Shown: piece after piece, positions 16,049-21,953 of the stretch
Layout of the letters: each line of letters begins with the position of its first letter
How positions within the stretch are numbered: position 1 is the first letter of the stretch
Source: a virus
DNA: 64,000 nt
Direction: 5' to 3' (one strand)
IMG/VR virus record: IMGVR_UViG_3300020048_000136
Notes under the pieces: generated by a model
The model's input: the letters and a program-made list of their open reading frames with translations, nothing else
What the model was told of the DNA's origin: nothing
Databases searched by the model: none
Position numbers and translations under genes: made by a program

Positions 16049-16072
16049 GGGAATGTCTTTAAAGACAATCCC
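16049..16072 (-). terminator. 12-bp hairpin abutting the HHR-1 5' end (contains the TGTCTTTAAAGACA palindrome)
   Basis: GGGAATGTCTTT/AAAGACAATCCC with one mismatch. Lies 10 nt after the stop of 16083..16379. The T-run is on the plus strand only. Confidence 0.45.
16054..16067. repeat. palindrome TGTCTTTAAAGACA (hairpin upstream of HHR-1)
   Basis: Exact match. Confidence 0.95.
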
Positions 16073-16082
16073 TTTTTGCGTA

Positions 16083-16379
16083 TTATTTTACGTATACTTT
16101 ATACGTTTTGCCCGTTTTCTTCGAAGTGCGCAGGTAATAAACACCGCCCTTGCTCCCTGTATAAAAGGTTTCCCCTCCTATCACTTGATAAACTTTTGAT
16201 GTCTTTGCTGTTGCTTTGCCCGTATCAGCTATTGTGGTAACCTGACCGTTTACCATCTTGTAATGTGGCGGCTTTTGAGCCTTTACCATAACTCCACTAA
16301 GAACCAATACGATGATTCCGATTACTAATGCAACAGAGATGTACCTGTCGCTTGAATTCCTTCTGTCATAATTTGTCAT
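16083..16379 (-). CDS. membrane-anchored basic protein (98 aa)
   Basis: N-terminal TM helix VALVIGIIVLVLSGVMV. The basic C-terminus TGSKGGVYYLRTSKKTGKTYKVYVK resembles viral basic-adaptor-type repeats (low confidence). Confidence 0.55.
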   Translation of the reverse strand: MTNYDRRNSSDRYISVALVIGIIVLVLSGVMVKAQKPPHYKMVNGQVTTIADTGKATAKTSKVYQVIGGETFYTGSKGGVYYLRTSKKTGKTYKVYVK

Positions 16380-16401
16380 AAGACTTAGAATTTAAAAGAT
16401 T

Positions 16402-16455
16402 TCCGTTTCGACTCTTTAGAGTCATCATCAGCGAAAGCACTCACCTTCGGACGGA
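16402..16455 (-). ncRNA. hammerhead ribozyme HHR-2 (type III topology)
   Basis: Minus RNA reads UCCGU-C | CGAAGGU-GAGU-GCUUUCG | CUGAUGA | U | GACUC-UAAA-GAGUC | GAA-ACGGA. The core is identical to HHR-1, and stems I and II carry compensatory differences. Confidence 0.75.
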
Positions 16456-16475
16456 GGGAGAGATTGCGCTCTCCC
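16456..16475 (-). terminator. 7-bp hairpin abutting the HHR-2 5' end
   Basis: GGGAGAG-attgcg-CTCTCCC, 10 nt after the amidoligase stop. Confidence 0.45.
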
Positions 16476-16485
16476 GTGATTTAGT

Positions 16486-17487
16486 TTAGAAATTTATGTC
16501 AGCTAACTCATCGACAATACCTTCGATTGAATTTCGCCTTGCAGCATTGCTGACTCCTCGCTCGTAAAGACTCCTCATCTGCATACGTGGGTCAACAAAC
16601 TTTTGCACCTCTGTTCCGATTTTGCCCGTCTTAATCATCCTGTGGAATGCCTTGGACAATTCCATGATTTTCTCGGCTTTGTCAACATTGCCATTATACA
16701 TGGAGATAATGATAGGCTTTATGACCTTCAAAAATGATGCATAGGATGTCCGTGGTTTATTGACGGATATATTTACAATCTCGTACATCAATTCGTATCT
16801 GCGCATCATCTGCTTTACAGACTCGAATCGGGAGATGACTCTAAATTCAACTCCGCTTGTCCCGTCAGGGAATCTGACGTACTTTGCGAGATTGTATTTG
16901 GTATGGTATCCGTTGAACCATTGCGCCCTGTCAGATATTGGCAGCATAGTAAGGTTATGGCTGCAATAGCTGTTTGTCAGACGATTGCGAAACAATGCGA
17001 GGAGAATAGCTGAGTTTAAGCGAATCTTGCTGAGTAACTCTTCCCCGTCCATACCTACGCAAGTAATTGTGGCATGACCTCCGCAGTTATTACTGCTTGG
17101 GCTGAATCTGTCATCAATAATACGCTCTGCTTTGTGCATCATGTCGTAAACTTTATTCCTCCATAAACCCGACGGGAGCAAAGGTAAAACGTGAGTTACT
17201 GCCTCGTATCCGCAGCTATTATCTTGCTCAAATCCGCAAAATAATTCATATTCACGAATCGCATCCCTATGAAGTTGATTCTTTTCAACTTCGAATCCGA
17301 TTGTAAATTTGGATGTCACTTCGTCACCCAAAACAGTCACAGCATTTGCTTGTATTACAGGTTTTAGGCTTTCGACATCAGCCCTATAGGCTTTATTCAA
17401 TTTGAACGGTGACGGTTTCGCGTGATAGGAACACACTCTTCCTCGTGCTCTCTCGCCTGAGGTGAGATAAACCACTTCTTTTTTCAT
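16486..17487 (-). CDS. putative amidoligase (glutamine synthetase-like COOH-NH2 ligase family)
   Basis: Motifs IGFEVEKN, GYEAVTHVLP, CGGHATI and GVEFRVISRF match, as recalled, the GxExE / E..T / H.H / EFR pattern of the phage and plasmid amidoligase family. Confidence 0.6.
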   Translation of the reverse strand: MKKEVVYLTSGERARGRVCSYHAKPSPFKLNKAYRADVESLKPVIQANAVTVLGDEVTSKFTIGFEVEKNQLHRDAIREYELFCGFEQDNSCGYEAVTHVLPLLPSGLWRNKVYDMMHKAERIIDDRFSPSSNNCGGHATITCVGMDGEELLSKIRLNSAILLALFRNRLTNSYCSHNLTMLPISDRAQWFNGYHTKYNLAKYVRFPDGTSGVEFRVISRFESVKQMMRRYELMYEIVNISVNKPRTSYASFLKVIKPIIISMYNGNVDKAEKIMELSKAFHRMIKTGKIGTEVQKFVDPRMQMRSLYERGVSNAARRNSIEGIVDELADINF

Positions 17488-17491
17488 AGTG

Positions 17492-17515
17492 TTAAAGGTT
17501 AAAGGTTAAAGGTTA
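17492..17515 (-). repeat. three tandem copies of the AACCTTTAA leader motif
   Basis: Minus strand reads TAACCTTTAACCTTTAACCTTTAA, ending 4 nt before the amidoligase ATG. Confidence 0.7.
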
Positions 17516-17523
17516 GTAAATTG

Positions 17524-17566
17524 TGGGAGTGAGATGAATCGAACATCTCACTTGCACCTTGCTCCC
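17524..17566 (-). ncRNA. tRNA acceptor/T-arm-like minihelix
   Basis: Minus RNA reads GGGAG-CAAGGUGCAA-GUGAGAUG-UUCGAUU-CAUCUCAC-UCCCA. It has a T-loop sequence, a 3' part resembling an acceptor strand plus discriminator A, and GGGA/UCCC closure. It has no D or anticodon arms. Confidence 0.4.
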
Positions 17567-17572
17567 TGATTT

Positions 17573-17586
17573 TGTCTTCAAAGACA
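17573..17586. repeat. palindrome TGTCTTCAAAGACA (3 nt after the stop of 17589..18224)
   Basis: Exact match. Confidence 0.95.
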
Positions 17587-17588
17587 TT

Positions 17589-18224
17589 TTACAAAAATCC
17601 TTGTAGGAATTCAATCGCTGCCTGTATTTCGGATGCATTGTTTGTTGTTTTCAATTCCCCTGACTCTGTCACTCTTACAGCGACATTCTTAACATCATTT
17701 TTCCAAGTGAGGACAAATATCGCCTTCTCCCTCGTAACTGAGGGTGTTCCTTCTCCCTCTTCTCCCTCTTCTCCTTCTCCCTCCTCTGCCTGCGCTGCTT
17801 GCTGCTCCAAGGCTTTAGCGTATCTCAGCAGTCCTTCAATTGTGCGCTCTGCATCATCACCGTTATTCTCGGCAATAGTGCAGTCACGTTTAAATTTGGT
17901 GATAACCTCAGGTTTCACTTCCTGTAGCTTACCAACTTTCAGCATCTTATAGGCAAACGATTTCTGCCATCCGAATACCTTATTGAAGATGTCTTCCGAT
18001 GTCCAAGCTATTCCCTCAGTTGTCAATGTGTTAACTCCCTCCTCTGAGGTGAACCAAAGCATCGCTTTCAATACTAACTCGCTCAACTCAACCGATTTGT
18101 CGAATTTCTGCTTCTTGGCATTCTTTATGCCTGTGTTCAATATTTCAATTGCACTCAGGTTAATTGCCTGACGTACTGTTGCATTCTGTAGGAATGCTGA
18201 TTCAATTGCTAATAAATTGCTCAT
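17589..18224 (-). CDS. hypothetical protein with a Glu/Gly-rich linker (211 aa)
   Basis: Track ORF. Contains a possible HTH (FGWQKSFAYKMLKVGK) and the acidic low-complexity tract EEGEGEEGEEGEG. Confidence 0.55.
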   Translation of the reverse strand: MSNLLAIESAFLQNATVRQAINLSAIEILNTGIKNAKKQKFDKSVELSELVLKAMLWFTSEEGVNTLTTEGIAWTSEDIFNKVFGWQKSFAYKMLKVGKLQEVKPEVITKFKRDCTIAENNGDDAERTIEGLLRYAKALEQQAAQAEEGEGEEGEEGEGTPSVTREKAIFVLTWKNDVKNVAVRVTESGELKTTNNASEIQAAIEFLQGFL

Positions 18225-18312
18225 ATTATTTAAAGGTTAAAGGTTAATGTTAGCGAATCAGAGAGGTAGCGAATCTCATAACAACTTAATGTTTCTGACT
18301 CAGTCAAGCGCA

Positions 18313-18534
18313 CTATCGAATCACAACTCTGTTCTCACATTCATCTCTCTCGGCAAGTATTGGCGATTTGCTATACCTTTTGTTCCAATCGATTGCGATA
18401 AACATTGTTACAGTAAAAAGAGTTATTCTTAACTCTAACTCCTTACGGATGTATGTCACTGCTACTGCTACAGCTGATTTCCATGTCTTGCCAAATCCGA
18501 CGGCAAGATGTCCTTTGATTTCGTAAACTCTCAT
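18313..18534 (-). CDS. hypothetical protein (73 aa)
   Basis: Track ORF 18313..18696. The internal ATG at 18534 is preferred because 18544-18586 duplicates the non-coding element found upstream of gene 17589..18224. Confidence 0.45.
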   Translation of the reverse strand: MRVYEIKGHLAVGFGKTWKSAVAVAVTYIRKELELRITLFTVTMFIAIDWNKRYSKSPILAERDECENRVVIR

Positions 18535-18777
18535 TGCTATTGTTTTAAAGGTTAATGTTAGCGAGACAGAGGAAGAAACGAATTCCTTATACATCTGCTG
18601 TTCTGTCTCAGCACTACTTCCAAATGCTGTTTCCCCTCGCAGCATTCCATTCAATCTGTCAATGTACTTGTGTTCCCCTCCTCCGCATTTCTTCACCTCT
18701 GACTCTTCAGAAATGTCATCTAACTGATAATCAAGGAGTTAGTGTCCTGTAGGCTGATTCACTGTCGAATCATGGAG

Positions 18778-18785
18778 CAAATATA
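18778..18785 (-). promoter_or_regulatory. Bacteroidota-type -7 box TATATTTG, candidate leftward early promoter
   Basis: Minus strand reads AAGACTATATTTGCTCC. This is the first such box at the right edge of the leftward block. Confidence 0.45.
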
Positions 18786-18901
18786 GTCTTTTTATTGTTC
18801 ATTCCTAATATTAAATGCATTTATTTTTAATTATTTTTAAAAGATGCAGTTAACGTGCTGAATCACAGCGATAAAAAGTTATGAACAACAGTAAAATAAT
18901 T

Positions 18902-18915
18902 TGTCTTTGAAGACA
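18902..18915. repeat. palindrome TGTCTTTGAAGACA (control region)
   Basis: Exact match. Confidence 0.95.
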
Positions 18916-19154
18916 TCGAGAGGAGGGAACGCCCTGTCTCCATGCTTGCATCTTATTGTATTACAGATAGTTACATCTGCTTACTTAAAGTGTTACTTTA
19001 AGTGATTTATCGATATGCTGCGGATATTTATGGTATGAGTGCAGCACAATAGCAGTATAAAGCATAGGAGAAACAGTTAGTTGATTGATTATTAATCTGA
19101 TGCACATATACGCTATTCATCTGCTCGTTATCTATGGCATTGTGTATTAGTTAC

Positions 19155-19286
19155 TTACATTCCATGTAAGCAACAGCAGCAGCAGCAGCAGTAACAAGGT
19201 AAGCAGCAGCAGGAGCAGCAGCAGCAGCAGCAGAGACAGCAGCAGCAGGAGCAGAGACAGCAGGAGCAGGAGCAGGTGCAGCCCAT
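19155..19286 (-). CDS. speculative Cys-rich micro-ORF (43 aa, 27 Cys) across the trinucleotide repeat
   Basis: ATG at 19286-19284 and TAA at 19157-19155. Translation MGCTCSCSCCLCSCCCCLCCCCCCSCCCLPCYCCCCCCCLHGM. No recognisable promoter or leader motif upstream. Confidence 0.15.
   Translation of the reverse strand: MGCTCSCSCCLCSCCCCLCCCCCCSCCCLPCYCCCCCCCLHGM
19168..19280. repeat. imperfect (GCA)n / (CAG)n trinucleotide repeat tract (about 37 units)
   Basis: Runs of GCA units interrupted by GGA, GAG ACA, and GTA ACA AGG TAA. GC-rich island inside an AT-rich non-coding region. Confidence 0.9.
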
Positions 19287-19423
19287 GTATGGAAAGCCTA
19301 AAAATCCTGCAAGAAAATTTGGAATCGTAACCCCACCCCTTCGAATTAAAATCGGTTTCGGTTATGGGTAATGGCTCGCAAAACGCTATAGAACCTAAAT
19401 ACTCTGACCATCTGAATATTTTT

Positions 19424-19431
19424 TATCTTTG
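19424..19431 (+). promoter_or_regulatory. Bacteroidota-type -7 box TATCTTTG
   Basis: TTTTATCTTTGTCTG, ending 27 nt before the ATG at 19459. Confidence 0.55.
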
Positions 19432-19458
19432 TCTGTCCAACAACTTAAAATTTGAGAT

Positions 19459-19656
19459 ATGAAAAACCTATTAGGATTGCGAATGCGTAGTGGCAGAATT
19501 AATGGAGACATTGACTCGGGCATGACGGGAATACAGAAGGCTACTGTTATGAAAAAAGCCGTGAAGAGAGCGAATAAAATCGACATGATATCCAAAGGAA
19601 TTCGTCATGCAGAGATGATGGATGATATGAATGAGGGCAAAATCGACATGGATTAG
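19459..19656 (+). CDS. small basic/acidic hypothetical protein (65 aa)
   Basis: Track ORF with its own promoter box and a strong terminator. Preferred over the overlapping minus ORF 19395..19595. Confidence 0.5.
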   Translation: MKNLLGLRMRSGRINGDIDSGMTGIQKATVMKKAVKRANKIDMISKGIRHAEMMDDMNEGKIDMD

Positions 19657-19711
19657 AACTTTTTTAGAATTTTATTCACAGTCATCCCGACTAATTGTTG
19701 TTTAAATCAAG

Positions 19712-19741
19712 GAGAGTGATTCTTATCATTCTCTTTTTTTT
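19712..19741 (+). terminator. rho-independent terminator
   Basis: Stem GAGAGTGAT/ATCATTCTC with loop TCTT, followed by T8. Confidence 0.75.
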
Positions 19742-19761
19742 ATATTAAATGATAGTTTCTT

Positions 19762-19932
19762 GACATTTTAATGTCGTTTTTATGTCGATAATAGTTATAT
19801 AACTAATTGATTATTAACTTTATGTCGATTATGTCGATTTTAAATAGAAAATAGAATAATAAAATAGTAGTAGTAGTAATAGTAATTATATAGAGAGATA
19901 GGGGTAAAACTTTTGACATTTACGACATAGCG
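19762..19932. repeat. iteron-bearing AT-rich module, copy B
   Basis: Palindrome GACATTTTAATGTC at 19762-19775. ATGTCG(A) boxes at 19771, 19782, 19822 and 19831, the last two within a tandem TATGTCGAT x2. TGACAT/CGACAT boxes at 19914-19927. The core AATTATATAGAGAGATAGGGG is homologous to 7451-7473. Confidence 0.6.
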
Positions 19933-19948
19933 TATAAATAATGAGTTG

Positions 19949-19956
19949 TATATTTG
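19949..19956 (+). promoter_or_regulatory. Bacteroidota-type -7 box TATATTTG upstream of the chaperonin gene
   Basis: GTTGTATATTTGCATAAACTAAATCTAAT, ending 23 nt before the ATG at 19980. Confidence 0.55.
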
Positions 19957-19979
19957 CATAAACTAAATCTAATTTAATC

Positions 19980-21578
19980 ATGGAAAACTTAGGATATTCT
20001 CCTAAAGATTTGAAGTTTGGGGAAGAAGGTCGCAAGAAGTTAATCGTTGGAATCACGAAGATAGCTACTGCGGTGAAGAGTACCCTCGGCTCGCACGGGA
20101 ACACGGTGTTGATAGAGTCTCCACAGCACACACACGGAATCACGGTAACAAAGGATGGAGTAACGGTAGCTAATGCTATACAGTTGCTTGACCCGATTGA
20201 GAACCTTGCGGTACAGATGATGAAGGAGGCGGCGGAGCGCACATCCACTTCTGCGGGTGATGGGACGACAACGGCAATTGTACTAACGGAGGCATTAGTC
20301 CTCGGTGGTGATGAGTTAATGAGACCACACCATAACAGGGTTGAGGTTCTGCGCAATATGAGCGATATCACTAAGGTTATCATCGATGAACTTAGGAGCA
20401 AACGCAAGCTGCTCACTAAAAAGATGCTCCACGATATCGCAAGCATATCATCCAATAATGACAAGACCGTTGGCAAGGTCATCGCTGACGTATATCGTGG
20501 TATCGGTAAGCATGGGATTGTGACGGTTGAGAAGAGTCAGACTATTGACACGTACTTTGAGACCACAACAGGACTCAAGATTGACCGTGGGTATACAAGC
20601 CCACTATTTATTAATGACCAAAGTAAAGACGAGTGTGTCTTTGAAGACACACATATATTGGTATCAGATGCCGAGATATCAAGTATACTTCAGATTGACC
20701 GACTCGTTAAGCCTTTAGTGGACGGAAACCACAAGCTACTAATTATTGCGCCATGTAGCACAAATGTTGTCAACACATTGGCTTCCAATGTTATTAAGAA
20801 CAACCTGAAGTTATGTAATATTATGCCACCGTCATTCGGCTATAGGCAACACGAACTAATGCAGGATATTGCGATTTCTATAGGCGCTAAGTACTTCTCC
20901 GATAAGACAGGTGATGACCTAAGTCTGATGACATTTGCTGACTTAGGGTTCGCTCCGAAGGTTATCGTTGGTGGAGAGTCCACTATTATTATCAACTCAG
21001 TAGAAGAGCCAAAGCCTCAGGTGACAGAACGTGTTGCTCAGTTGTGGAACGCTCATAAGTTGGCTAAACGTAAGCATGACAAAGACTTCATCTTGCAACG
21101 GATTGCATCCCTGACAGGTGGAATTGGAGTAATCTATGTTGGTGGACATACCGACCTTGAACAGAAAGAACTTTATGACCGTGTTGAGGATGCAGTATGC
21201 GCAGTTCGCTCGGCAATGGAGGAAGGAATTCTTGAAGGAGGAGGTAAAGCCCTTTGGGATATTGACCTATCACGGGTTGTTACCCACAGCGAAGAAGAAG
21301 AGGTAGCCCTTGAGATTATAGCACGGGCATTACGTGCGCCACTCACTCAGATTCTGACAAATGCAGGGCTTAAAGTTAAGGATATCTACTATGCAGGGAT
21401 ACCACAAGATATGGGATTCGATGTAAAGAACCATAAGTATGGCAACATGATAACCATGGGAGTTATCGACCCCTTAAAAGTCACACGGAGCGCTCTACAG
21501 AACGCAGTCTCTGTGGCGATGACAATCCTTAGTACTAACGCAATTATTACAATGGCGAGGACTTATGAGACAAAATGA
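19980..21578 (+). CDS. groEL: phage-encoded GroEL-type chaperonin (Cpn60)
   Basis: AVKSTLGSHGNTVLI, TVTKDGVTVANAIQL, SAGDGTTTAIVLTEAL and a C-terminal GVIDPLKVTRSALQNA all align with conserved GroEL blocks. 532 aa. Confidence 0.9.
   Translation: MENLGYSPKDLKFGEEGRKKLIVGITKIATAVKSTLGSHGNTVLIESPQHTHGITVTKDGVTVANAIQLLDPIENLAVQMMKEAAERTSTSAGDGTTTAIVLTEALVLGGDELMRPHHNRVEVLRNMSDITKVIIDELRSKRKLLTKKMLHDIASISSNNDKTVGKVIADVYRGIGKHGIVTVEKSQTIDTYFETTTGLKIDRGYTSPLFINDQSKDECVFEDTHILVSDAEISSILQIDRLVKPLVDGNHKLLIIAPCSTNVVNTLASNVIKNNLKLCNIMPPSFGYRQHELMQDIAISIGAKYFSDKTGDDLSLMTFADLGFAPKVIVGGESTIIINSVEEPKPQVTERVAQLWNAHKLAKRKHDKDFILQRIASLTGGIGVIYVGGHTDLEQKELYDRVEDAVCAVRSAMEEGILEGGGKALWDIDLSRVVTHSEEEEVALEIIARALRAPLTQILTNAGLKVKDIYYAGIPQDMGFDVKNHKYGNMITMGVIDPLKVTRSALQNAVSVAMTILSTNAIITMARTYETK
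20636..20649. repeat. palindrome TGTCTTTGAAGACA (inside groEL; read as VFED)
   Basis: Exact match. Confidence 0.95.
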
Positions 21579-21614
21579 CGACATTATAATCATACACTAA
21601 TAACCCCATATACA

Positions 21615-21953
21615 ATGAGACACGTAGAGATTGCGTTAGAGAAGTACATGAAGGAGAGCGATTCTCCTGCAAATGAATATGTTCAGTTGGTAAATACTGA
21701 GGATATCAAGGGAATTGCTCCTATTGTCAGCTTCATAGTTCAGAGTGACCCCATCGGAGAGGTAGGAATTAATGGATGCCAAGCATTAGATATGCTAAAG
21801 TATACCAAGTGCCTGTTCCAAAGTCTGAATGAAGTGTTCCCATGTCGTGAGAATGCTATCACAATAACAAAACTTGAAGAGGCTATCCATTGGCAGGATG
21901 CAAGGACAAAGGATAGGATGAGAAGGAATGTTGAAGGCGCTAATAAATCGTAA
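21615..21953 (+). CDS. hypothetical protein (112 aa)
   Basis: Track ORF. Confidence 0.55.
   Translation: MRHVEIALEKYMKESDSPANEYVQLVNTEDIKGIAPIVSFIVQSDPIGEVGINGCQALDMLKYTKCLFQSLNEVFPCRENAITITKLEEAIHWQDARTKDRMRRNVEGANKS

Noticed and set aside
15722-16240. 172-aa plus-strand ORF spanning gene 15683..15973, HHR-1 and part of gene 16083..16379.
   Set aside because: It is antisense to two well-packed minus-strand genes and to the conserved ribozyme spacer. Nothing supports plus-strand transcription in this block.
14992-17566. tRNA fragments acting as attP cores of a temperate phage.
   Set aside because: The window has no integrase, excisionase or repressor-type gene. The gene content looks lytic. 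The idea cannot be excluded without the rest of the genome, so it is noted only as an alternative in the findings.
19762-19840. A CRISPR-like or tandem-repeat array formed by the TATGTCGAT repeats.
   Set aside because: Only two adjacent 9-bp units plus scattered copies are present. There are no regular spacers and no repeats of CRISPR length. Interpreted as iterons or operators.
19886-20482. 198-aa minus-strand ORF antisense to the 5' part of groEL.
   Set aside because: It is fully overlapped by an ORF with unmistakable GroEL motifs. It is Ser/Leu/Ile-rich low complexity with no upstream signals.
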